From a bacterium (GTDB lineage Bacteria > Patescibacteriota > Patescibacteriia > JAHIZJ01): a stretch of 64,000 nt of DNA. Positions 28,622-36,552 of the stretch are shown here, piece by piece. Below the pieces are notes generated by a model, which worked only from the letters and a program-made list of their open reading frames with translations, ran no database searches and was not told the origin of the DNA. Location: the NCBI GenBank assembly GCA_030699685.1, contig JAUYLJ010000054.1, forward strand, positions 309 through 64,308. Direction: 5' to 3'. Every line of letters starts with the position of its first letter. Within the stretch, counting starts at the first letter, position 1. The position numbers were made by a program, and so were the translations under genes.

Positions 28622-28778
28622 AGGCGGGATCAGTGTATCATGGATGGTGGCAACTGGTAACTGGGAAAGGGAAATTGTTTATCTATGCATAATAGGTTGG
28701 AAACAGACCTTCCTTCCTGAATAATACGACATTCATATTGCATTAATTAGTATACGCTATAAATCGCTCGATTAAGAT

Positions 28779-28809
28779 AAAAAAAGGAGCTGAAATATTT
28801 TTCAGCTCC
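28779..28809 (-). terminator. intrinsic terminator
   Basis: GGAGCTGAAA..TTTCAGCTCC-TTTTTTT on the minus strand. Confidence 0.8.
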
Positions 28810-29731
28810 CAAGCCTATCCAGGCTTTTTTGCAGTTCGTCGACAAAGCGTTCTGTTCCAGACGGCAAGCCGACAACCTGGCGTTCCAGGTCACGGCATTG
28901 GACTTCGCGCCCGGAGCATTTCTCGATTTCCCGAAAAAGATCAATGCTGATTTCCAGGCAGGTACGGGAAAAGGAAACCAGATGGCTGTCGGGGATTGAA
29001 GCCCAGTCTCCAGGACGACCGAAGGGAAGGATGTAGGGGAAGCCAGCGTTTCCGTCATGCGCCAGACTGCGGCCGCAAAGTGGTGTGCCGGGGATAAAGT
29101 CGCGTTCGCAGACTTCATCGATGAGGTTTTTGTAGCAGACGGATGCCAATGTCCTGACCTGCTGTTGATGAACGCGTTTCCAGCCCTCGTCAATCCAGAT
29201 TCCGGCAATCATGGCCCGTACCCTGATCTTGTGTCTCTTCAGACCCTCGATCACCTGGCAGGCCTGACCACCCGAGAAGACCACATCGTCGACCAGTACG
29301 ACATCGGTGATGCCTTGCTGAGCCAGGGACTGGTACTGGATATCCAGAGCCGCTGAGCCGGCACGGTGGAAACTGCCGACATCATTTCCTTCCTGATTCA
29401 CGGACCGACTGACATCAATGTGATATTGGCTGGTCCAATGAGACCTGGTCATGGACACGATTGCCATGTTCCCGTAATCGATGAACTCGCAGTCCGGCGG
29501 AACCTCATCGATTGGAAATTCGATTTTGCCAACCAGACCACGAATGGTTGATGAGAGCTTCTCCGCGGAAATCCACTCCACGACGGGAAAGATTCGGCAT
29601 AAAGCGTCGAGCAGACCTTCCCGCTTCTCAGCGAAATGTTCCGTCGGAGGGATCGTGAATCCTTTTTCTTCTGCCCAGCGACCAAGAAGCAATTCGGCGT
29701 CGCCTGACACAACGTAGGGTGGATTACTCAT
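28802..29731 (-). CDS. type I phosphoribosyltransferase-like protein
   Basis: PRPP-binding loop VVLVDDVVFSGGQ. Confidence 0.7.
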   Translation of the reverse strand: MSNPPYVVSGDAELLLGRWAEEKGFTIPPTEHFAEKREGLLDALCRIFPVVEWISAEKLSSTIRGLVGKIEFPIDEVPPDCEFIDYGNMAIVSMTRSHWTSQYHIDVSRSVNQEGNDVGSFHRAGSAALDIQYQSLAQQGITDVVLVDDVVFSGGQACQVIEGLKRHKIRVRAMIAGIWIDEGWKRVHQQQVRTLASVCYKNLIDEVCERDFIPGTPLCGRSLAHDGNAGFPYILPFGRPGDWASIPDSHLVSFSRTCLEISIDLFREIEKCSGREVQCRDLERQVVGLPSGTERFVDELQKSLDRLGS

Positions 29732-30279
29732 TCGAAAGCTCCTTTCAGTAGATACCAGTACTCGTGAAGTACATCAGGCTTTAAACTACATGGCACCGTA
29801 ATTCCGGATCGCAGGAAACCCATCGCGTGATTCATCCTGATCATTGACGTATTGTCGTTTCTGATTCTCGTCAGGAAAAGTACCGAGTTTTTTGAAACGC
29901 AATGCTCGATCATCTTTTGTCGCAGCTGATGACCGATTCCTTGACCTTGTCGGTCCGGAAGAACGATCAGATCGCGAATCCAGACCAGTGTGGTGTTCCG
30001 CTCCAGGTGACGAACGGCGAATGCGGCTAGGGCTGTTCCGCGCTCGTTCTTCAGTTCCGAGATTGCCGGCGAATCCCACCAGATTGCTCCAACCAGGCGG
30101 TGGTCTTGCGTGGCAACCAAACAGTGAAATCCCCGGCGGCGCGTGGTCTCCACCCAGCGGGTGGCCGCTTCGGCAAAAGATAGTTCCTCAAACCATGGGT
30201 GACAGGCGAACGCTTCAACAATGCCTGTACAGATGTTGTGCGAATGCCGGAATCTGGCTCGACTGATATGCAATGGCAT
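29728..30279 (-). CDS. GNAT family acetyltransferase
   Basis: LIVLPDRQGQGIG motif A; N..MIRMNHAMGF. Confidence 0.88.
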   Translation of the reverse strand: MPLHISRARFRHSHNICTGIVEAFACHPWFEELSFAEAATRWVETTRRRGFHCLVATQDHRLVGAIWWDSPAISELKNERGTALAAFAVRHLERNTTLVWIRDLIVLPDRQGQGIGHQLRQKMIEHCVSKNSVLFLTRIRNDNTSMIRMNHAMGFLRSGITVPCSLKPDVLHEYWYLLKGAFE

Positions 30280-30327
30280 ACCCGTTTTCCTTTCTACGAA
30301 ATTGTTTAAAGGTCGATCCTTTCCTCG

Positions 30328-30355
30328 AAAAGAAAATCCCTTCTCGGAAGGGATT
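30328..30355 (-). terminator. attenuator terminator
   Basis: AATCCCTTC-CGA-GAAGGGATT-TTCTTTT; 5' arm alternatively pairs with GGAAGAGATTGGTTGT. Confidence 0.85.
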
Positions 30356-30390
30356 GACCGTTTTTGTGAACAAGCACAACCAATCTCTTC

Positions 30391-30441
30391 CTAAAAGAGC
30401 CGGTTGTGATGGTGTAATAGGTAAAATGAAAGTAAGGTCAT
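30391..30441 (-). CDS. His-rich attenuator leader peptide MTLLSFYLLHHHNRLF
   Basis: CAC CAT CAC run; ATG 4 nt after the upstream stop; 1:2, 2:3 and 3:4 hairpins. Confidence 0.8.
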   Translation of the reverse strand: MTLLSFYLLHHHNRLF

Positions 30442-30445
30442 GTGG

Positions 30446-31750
30446 TTAGTACTGAAATACGTTTTCAAGCTCTACCCGTTTCAGGGCATAGCACCAGTAG
30501 TCGGCATACTGACCGACGATAAAAGGGTACAGTATTTGGCCGTTAATGCTCGTTTTTTGAAAATCTTTCAATTGACGCGCTTCTTCAGGTGAGATGAATT
30601 CCTTTTCCACGCGGCCGTAGACTTGGAAAATGTTCTTTTCTCTCATCATGTTCAGAGTCGGCCTGATTCCTTGACTGACGATCTGATAAACGACTCGATA
30701 CAATTCTTGCTGGACTGCGGGATCGTTTTTCGGGCCGGCCTCAATTTCTACACCGCAAGGGACGAATCTGGTAATCGGACCACGGGCGGCCGATCGTTTC
30801 GACGACCAGATCACAATGTTTTTGACAGGCAACGCAGCGGCCAGAAGGAGGTTTTCAAGCGTCGGGTTGGTTACAATCGTGACGATTCCGGTCTTGGCAC
30901 CGGTGCCGTGCAGGTCGATGACGTAGCGGTAGTTTTGTGACGCCGATACCAGTTCGGCAGCCCGGCGTTCTTCGTAAGCTGGAGAGTTTTTGTCACCGGG
31001 TGCCGAACGGTTTAAGTCGGTGTCAACATATCGGGTGTTATTTTTCACGGCGCGTTCATTACCGATAAGCCAATCGTAATTAATGTTTTGAGTCTCTTGA
31101 CTGACTCGCCGTAATACCTCGGCACCGATAGTTTCATTGCCGTGTGTCGCGGCAATCAGAAGAATTTCTTTTGGGCGCTGGTCTCGAGTTCGGATCAGAG
31201 CCAGTGCCATGGTGACTGCCCGGGCTGGATCGGTCACCGTTTGAATCTTGAAGCGTTTCCGAGAATCAAGATAGTAGCCGGCCAATGAATCGCTCCAGCC
31301 GCCGCTGCCTTTGAGCGCGACCACCGGAATGCCGGCTTGATACGCGATCGTAATTTCGTTGAGCGTCCCGGAGCCCCCACCGATACTAATCACCACGTCG
31401 CAGCTTAAAACCAGCGGCAGTTCGCGCCCGCCACCACGCTCCATGCCGGTGGCTATGATTACATCCGCGTTTGACTCAGCCACGGTTAAGCCTTTCCCGT
31501 ACGTAACCCCGACCGTGAGACCTCCGGCCTTTTTTGCTCCACGGCAAGCCGCTGACGATAAGGAGTCGTAATCTTTTTCAGCGCCAAAGACAAGCGTGGC
31601 ACCATTTTTGGCGATTTCTTCTCCGATTGATTCCGCCAGCGATTCAATCTTTTTCGAATATTGGATATCGCCCATAGTACCAATGACGCCGATTTGAGGA
31701 GTGCGAGGATTGGTTGATTTGTTGGTGAGTGAATTAGTAAATTGTTTCAT
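30446..31750 (-). CDS. LOG-like (TIGR00725-type) domain fused to AstE/AspA (M14-like) domain
   Basis: N-half ACRGAKKAGGLTVG, GGGSGTLNE; C-half HGNE, DLNR, IDLH. Confidence 0.85.
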   Translation of the reverse strand: MKQFTNSLTNKSTNPRTPQIGVIGTMGDIQYSKKIESLAESIGEEIAKNGATLVFGAEKDYDSLSSAACRGAKKAGGLTVGVTYGKGLTVAESNADVIIATGMERGGGRELPLVLSCDVVISIGGGSGTLNEITIAYQAGIPVVALKGSGGWSDSLAGYYLDSRKRFKIQTVTDPARAVTMALALIRTRDQRPKEILLIAATHGNETIGAEVLRRVSQETQNINYDWLIGNERAVKNNTRYVDTDLNRSAPGDKNSPAYEERRAAELVSASQNYRYVIDLHGTGAKTGIVTIVTNPTLENLLLAAALPVKNIVIWSSKRSAARGPITRFVPCGVEIEAGPKNDPAVQQELYRVVYQIVSQGIRPTLNMMREKNIFQVYGRVEKEFISPEEARQLKDFQKTSINGQILYPFIVGQYADYWCYALKRVELENVFQY

Positions 31751-31802
31751 TGTGTCAGTGATTAGTAGCTTAGTAATTCAGAGCTGTGCATTATCCATTT
31801 TC

Positions 31803-31835
31803 AAAACCACCCTCTCTCTTCCGAGAAGGTAGTGG
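31803..31835 (-). terminator. attenuator terminator after HisR
   Basis: CCACTACCTTCTC-GGAA-GAGAGAGGGTGG-TTTT; competing pairing with CTTCCGGGAAGAAGTAG (31874-31858). Confidence 0.7.
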
Positions 31836-31857
31836 ACGGCTTATTGTGACAATAAGA

Positions 31858-32166
31858 CTACTTCTTCCCGGAAGAAAGAGGACGGTGATGCAGTCGATGC
31901 AGCATGAGTCGATAGCCGCCTAAGCCACGATTAAGCCAGCGCGAGATTCGCGCCACGGTAGTTGAGCTTAAGCCTGTTTTCTTGACTATTTCCGAGTAGG
32001 GCACTTCGATATCAAGCATTTTCGCGGCTTGCCAGCGTTTGGCGAATTCGATAATTTCGGCTTCAGTCAAAAGATCTCTGAAAAAACGCTTGGTTTCGTC
32101 CAGATTGCGAAGAGCCAGGATCGTTTTCCAAAGCTCATCGGATTGTTTTGTGTCCCATTTGGCCAT
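31858..32166 (-). CDS. TrpR-like YerC/YecD (HisR-type) repressor with His-containing tail
   Basis: FFRDLLTEAEI..KRW..ML..PYSEI..TGLSSTTVARISRWL..G.GGY; tail HRLHHRPLSSGKK; leaderless ATG 32166. Confidence 0.9.
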   Translation of the reverse strand: MAKWDTKQSDELWKTILALRNLDETKRFFRDLLTEAEIIEFAKRWQAAKMLDIEVPYSEIVKKTGLSSTTVARISRWLNRGLGGYRLMLHRLHHRPLSSGKK

Positions 32167-32172
32167 AGTTCT

Positions 32173-32210
32173 TACTTTATCGTAGTAAAGTACTTTAGTC
32201 AAGTAAAGTA
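32173..32210. promoter_or_regulatory. two tandem HisR-type operators
   Basis: TACTTTA-TCGTAG-TAAAGTA (32173-32192) and TACTTTA-GTCAAG-TAAAGTA (32191-32210) covering TTGACT-17-TAAAGT. Confidence 0.85.
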
Positions 32211-32248
32211 TATATCAATTCATAATCCTGTCAAGTGGATAACCCGTC

Positions 32249-32277
32249 TTGACCGGGAAATCAAAACAGGATACGGT
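32249..32277 (+). promoter_or_regulatory. sigma70-type promoter (leaderless)
   Basis: TTGACC-17-TACGGT, 6 nt before ATG 32284. Confidence 0.65.
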
Positions 32278-32283
32278 GTTTTC

Positions 32284-32385
32284 ATGCAAGAGACGCAAAA
32301 ACAACACCATAGTCTTTCTCAGAACCGGAATTTTGCCGGCTACTGGTTTTATGGCTTTTCTTATGAAAGCCGGTTTTTGCGTTAA
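32284..32385 (+). CDS. aromatic-rich leader peptide MQETQKQHHSLSQNRNFAGYWFYGFSYESRFLR
   Basis: 33 codons, 8 aromatic residues in the last 17; overlaps the antiterminator arm. Confidence 0.65.
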   Translation: MQETQKQHHSLSQNRNFAGYWFYGFSYESRFLR

Positions 32386-32409
32386 GTAGTCACCAAGACA
32401 TTGACGAAG

Positions 32410-32433
32410 AAAACTGGCTCCGGCCAGTTTTTT
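32410..32433 (+). terminator. attenuator terminator
   Basis: AAAACTGGC-TCCG-GCCAGTTTTTT upstream of 32453. Confidence 0.85.
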
Positions 32434-32452
32434 AGTAATTATTTTCTTCAAC

Positions 32453-33382
32453 ATGAAATCACGCAACATAGCAATCGCTGACCTGGGTGGACATGACTTG
32501 TCCCTGCCTATGATTGAACACGGCTCCGGCCGCCCGGAAGTGCTAATTATCAACAATCTTCATGGCAATGAAATAACGGGCTTTTACGTTCTGGATGCCT
32601 TACTCCGTGAATTGCCTAACTCGATTCAGGGCCGGCTCAGGATTATCCCTTGCGCCAATCTATTAGGTTTGGTGGCAAAACAGCGCGCAAATCCGCTTGA
32701 CGGGGCCGATCTGAACAGAGGATTCCCTCCATCGGACAAAGAGCGCGGCGTCCAAGCAGCCATAAAAAGAGTCTTGTTAGAACTGTCGGGTTCAGCCCAA
32801 GTGTTGATCGATCTTCATACTTTCACGCGCCCATCCTTAAGCGCCGTGTTACGTTTGCCGCACCCTCCCAAGCAATCCCGGACATTGGAACGATGCTTGG
32901 CTGTTCTCAACGTGGAAACAGTGATCGACATACCCGACAACTTCGAGGAAAGACCGGTCCAGAGCGCGCTGGGATTTGCTTTGGTCCAAAAAGGAGTAAC
33001 TGTTATTCCGATTGAATTTCCTCCCGCTCATTGCGTAAAGGATAATGCTGAAATTGAATCATTTGCCGCCGGACTTCTGAGCGCGCTGGCTGAACTGGGT
33101 CTGATGAAAAAGATCGTCAAAAGAGAACAACATGTACCGCCATCGTTCCTTCGTCAGCAGGTGATCTCGGACGCGAGCGGATTGTTTTTACCGACAGCGA
33201 CATTGCGGCAAAGCGTGATGGTTGGAGATGTCTTAGGCTTCCTCATTCACCCGCGCAGTGTCACCAAGACGCCGGTAGTGTCGCCGTACAGAGGAATGTT
33301 GTTTGAATTAGCCCAGAGGCAGATGATCGTGTTTGGCGACAAAATAGCAACAGTGGCTCGATCATCAGGCTCAAAAGCTTAA
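32453..33382 (+). CDS. succinylglutamate desuccinylase/aspartoacylase (M14-like) family protein
   Basis: HGNE, DLNRGFP, IDLH, IEF, C-terminal barrel-sandwich VVSPYRG. Confidence 0.88.
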   Translation: MKSRNIAIADLGGHDLSLPMIEHGSGRPEVLIINNLHGNEITGFYVLDALLRELPNSIQGRLRIIPCANLLGLVAKQRANPLDGADLNRGFPPSDKERGVQAAIKRVLLELSGSAQVLIDLHTFTRPSLSAVLRLPHPPKQSRTLERCLAVLNVETVIDIPDNFEERPVQSALGFALVQKGVTVIPIEFPPAHCVKDNAEIESFAAGLLSALAELGLMKKIVKREQHVPPSFLRQQVISDASGLFLPTATLRQSVMVGDVLGFLIHPRSVTKTPVVSPYRGMLFELAQRQMIVFGDKIATVARSSGSKA

Positions 33383-33451
33383 AGCAGGGAGAGATCTTTC
33401 ACAACTCAACGATACCAAAGGCGTATTGTCCATGAAGGGAAAAAGCTTGTC

Positions 33452-34696
33452 ATGACCGCACAGAGTTTTCGATATGAGGTGGCTGGTGAGGAAGAGCACG
33501 GGAACGGGCTGGGATTCGGTGTCCTGCCCTCGGCCGTGCCCTTGAAACCAGACGAATGGGCCCGACTTGAAGAACTGGGACGTTTGAGCTACTCCGTTCT
33601 CAAGAAAGGTAACGCGCTGCTCGCCGAGTCGATTGAACGTCCTCAACAAGCGACTGACTGGCTGGCCAGGCTTTTCCTCGCTTCCGTCTCTCCAGAGCAC
33701 CGGTCGCTGGCCGCTCAGCTGTCTGTTGAAGCCAGTCACCGTTCCGCGCCCTTCGTACGGATGTTTCGCCTCGACGTGTTGCCGGATTTCACTGTTTCGG
33801 AGATTCAGTGTCCTGGAAGTGGCTGGCCTTTTGGCCTCAAATTGGAAGAGCTGTACCTGATCGCTGCAGATCAATCACCGACGCTGTCCGCGTACGCGCG
33901 GTGGATCGGCGGCAACCGCGCCGTTTGGTGGCTCTACAATGAGAGTTTTTCCGGAGCGGTGTCCCATATGGTCAGTCGCTGTCGTTCGGTCGGTTTGGAC
34001 GTCCTTTGCCAATCGGATGGTGAATTCAGCCCGGAAGACACGGCCGTGTCAGCTATCATCAAAAGGCCGCCATTGCCCGATCTCCTTTCCCGTCCTGCCG
34101 GCAGAAAGCTGGCTGAACGATGGCTCGAGGGCCGGGTGGAAATCGACCCCATGCCGTGCCAAGTGCCTGAGACGAAGTTCCTTCTCGCTTTGCTGCATGA
34201 TCCGCGCACGAGGGATCGTTTTACCGATGAGGAAAGGAGCCTGGCCAATCCAACCCATCTGATTGTTTCAGCCGATCAGCCAGTCGAGGTTCGGAACGGA
34301 AACGGACTGGTCACGGTTCCGTTCAGCCGCCTCGCCGAAATGAAAGCGCATTGCGTGGTGAAGTACGGTGGTGCCAGAGCCTGGGATCGTTTCGGCGGCC
34401 ACGCGGTCTACTGCTTGGCCAAAGAGAAGCCTCGAGATCGGCGGGCGGTCCTCGCGAGGGCGCTTCAAGAATGGCATCATGACGAAGAGGGCTGGATCCT
34501 CCAGCCGGCCGTGCTGGAAAAACGGCTATTTCCAGGAGGCGAGGCCAACGAGTACTTTGTTTGGCGTCCGGGATACTCCGTCAGCCAATCCGGTGAAGTG
34601 AGTCTGGTAAACGCGCAGATCAACACCCGTCCTAGCTGGAAAGTGCACGGCGCCACCGATAGCCGATTCGGATTGGGAGCTCTTTTTGGATCGTGA
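33452..34696 (+). CDS. ATP-grasp-like amide ligase (glutathionylspermidine synthase/circularly permuted type)
   Basis: MFRLD..SEIQCPGSG, ETK.LLALL, VVKYGG..FGGHAV, WILQ. Confidence 0.65.
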   Translation: MTAQSFRYEVAGEEEHGNGLGFGVLPSAVPLKPDEWARLEELGRLSYSVLKKGNALLAESIERPQQATDWLARLFLASVSPEHRSLAAQLSVEASHRSAPFVRMFRLDVLPDFTVSEIQCPGSGWPFGLKLEELYLIAADQSPTLSAYARWIGGNRAVWWLYNESFSGAVSHMVSRCRSVGLDVLCQSDGEFSPEDTAVSAIIKRPPLPDLLSRPAGRKLAERWLEGRVEIDPMPCQVPETKFLLALLHDPRTRDRFTDEERSLANPTHLIVSADQPVEVRNGNGLVTVPFSRLAEMKAHCVVKYGGARAWDRFGGHAVYCLAKEKPRDRRAVLARALQEWHHDEEGWILQPAVLEKRLFPGGEANEYFVWRPGYSVSQSGEVSLVNAQINTRPSWKVHGATDSRFGLGALFGS

Positions 34697-34700
34697 TTGA

Positions 34701-34725
34701 GGGAGTGGAATTTTCCACTCCTTTT
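34701..34725 (+). terminator. intrinsic terminator
   Basis: GGAGTGGA-ATTT-TCCACTCC-TTTT. Confidence 0.75.
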
Positions 34726-34769
34726 ATTTATCAATTGAAATTCCCGTGCACATCGGATATACTTGCCGT

Positions 34770-36419
34770 ATGCTGAAGCAGGAAATAGCTAAACAACTCG
34801 AACGAGTCAGCCGCGAACTCTGGCCCGAATATTCCTCGTCCCTATCGGGAGATTTTTTTATTCGGATGGTGGAATTCACCAAAGATGACAAGTACGGTGA
34901 CGTAACCAGCACGCTGGCTCTGCAACTGGCAAAAGAACTCAAAAGCAATCCGGCCGACGTCGCCGAGAAAATCATTGAGAACCTCAGCCAGAGCTTCCGA
35001 TCGCGCTTCAGTAAAATAGAAACCGTCATGCCGGGTTTCATTAACTTCACTCTGAGCAAGAAATGGTTGACACGACAAGCTGGGCTGATCGCGAACGACA
35101 GCCACTATGGCAAGAACGAAAAAAACGTCAATGAAAAAGTCCAAATTGAATTTATCTCTGCTAATCCCACCGGGCCGATTCACGTCGGCAACGGCCGGGG
35201 AGCCTTTTTGGGAGATACCCTGGCCAGGGTGCTGAGCAGCCAGGGGGCGACCGTGCGGAAAGAATATTATGTAAACGACGCCGGCAACCAAGTCGAATTA
35301 TTAGCTGAATCAGTCATCCGGCGCTATTTTCAGCAGAATGGGCTGTCTGTTGACTATCCTGAGCGTTGTTACCAGGGGGACTATGTCAAGGATTTGGCCA
35401 AGAAAATGCAGCTCGGGAATGTTCGCCTGAATGATATCAACCGAATCAAGCGTCGCGTCAAAACTAAAGTGCTCAAAATGATGGTAGCCGAGCTGGAAAA
35501 AACCGCCAATGAAGTCCTTGGGGTAAAATTCCATCGATGGTTCCATGAAAGTGAGTTGTACGCGGACGGAACCGTTGCCTCTGTGCTCCAGGAATTGAGG
35601 GAGCGGGATTTAGTCCATGAGGAAGGCGGCGCGACTTGGGTGAAGACTAGCCAGTTCGGAGATGAGAAAGATAGAGTGATTATCAAATCGAATAAAGAGT
35701 ACACGTATTTCGTTTCGGACATTGCCTATCATTGGAATAAATTTGTCTCCAGAAAGTTCGACCGGGTGATAAATATCTGGGGCGCTGACCACCAGGGGCA
35801 TGTGGCGAGAATGCAGGCGGTGAAGCAGGGCTTAGGGCTACCGGGCCAGCTTGATATCATTATTGTCCAGCTGGTGAGGCTCGTATCGGGAGGCAAGGAA
35901 GTGCGCATGTCCAAACGATCGGGGACCTTTGTCACTCTTGCGGAGCTGGTGGAAGACGTGGGACTCGACGTGGCGCGTTTTTTCTTCTTGATGCGAGCGG
36001 CCGATACGCACATGGATTTCGACGTTGACCTAGCCAAGGAAAAGTCTGAGAAAAACCCCGTCTATTACGTGCAGTATGCTCACGCTCGGATTTGTAGTAT
36101 ACTGAAACAGCCTGAGTTACGCCGCATACAGTCGTCTCACGCAAATGAGCAATTTGACCATCAGGCTGAAATCGCGCTTATTCGCGAGCTGATCAAATTT
36201 CCAGATCTGCTGGCTGACCTGAGCCAGACCTACGAAATACAAAGACTTCCTTTCTATACCGTACGCCTGGCTGAACTCTTCCACGCTTTCTATGTCCATT
36301 GCCGGGTGATAGACGGAGAAAACGTTCATCTCGCCAGGCTGGATCTGGTCAAGGCAACCCGTAATGTCCTGCGAATGGCGCTCAAATTGATGGGAGTGAC
36401 GGCGCCGAACAGCATGTAG
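34770..36419 (+). CDS. argS: arginine--tRNA ligase
   Basis: EFISANPTGPIHVGNGR, WGADHQG, MSKRSG, NPVYYVQYAHARICS; ATG 6 nt after TATACT. Confidence 0.97.
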   Translation: MLKQEIAKQLERVSRELWPEYSSSLSGDFFIRMVEFTKDDKYGDVTSTLALQLAKELKSNPADVAEKIIENLSQSFRSRFSKIETVMPGFINFTLSKKWLTRQAGLIANDSHYGKNEKNVNEKVQIEFISANPTGPIHVGNGRGAFLGDTLARVLSSQGATVRKEYYVNDAGNQVELLAESVIRRYFQQNGLSVDYPERCYQGDYVKDLAKKMQLGNVRLNDINRIKRRVKTKVLKMMVAELEKTANEVLGVKFHRWFHESELYADGTVASVLQELRERDLVHEEGGATWVKTSQFGDEKDRVIIKSNKEYTYFVSDIAYHWNKFVSRKFDRVINIWGADHQGHVARMQAVKQGLGLPGQLDIIIVQLVRLVSGGKEVRMSKRSGTFVTLAELVEDVGLDVARFFFLMRAADTHMDFDVDLAKEKSEKNPVYYVQYAHARICSILKQPELRRIQSSHANEQFDHQAEIALIRELIKFPDLLADLSQTYEIQRLPFYTVRLAELFHAFYVHCRVIDGENVHLARLDLVKATRNVLRMALKLMGVTAPNSM

Positions 36420-36545
36420 AAAGCAAGCAACAAATAATAAGTAACAAGTAAGAAGTTAAGAGATGGGGGGATACTTAACATCAACACAGTGAAACGCGCT
36501 ACTTGTTATTTTTTATTTGTTAATTCTTACTTCTTAATTATTAAT
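36420..36545. repeat. degenerate heptamer tandem repeats in inverted arrangement
   Basis: AAGCAAC/AAATAAT/AAGTAAC/AAGTAAG followed by complementary CTTGTTA/TTTGTTA/TTCTTAC tracts. Confidence 0.55.
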
Positions 36546-36552
36546 AAATTGT

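Noticed and set aside
32167-32202. TTG-started extension of the TrpR-like ORF
   Set aside because: The extension is the operator/promoter itself; ATG 32166 fits a leaderless start
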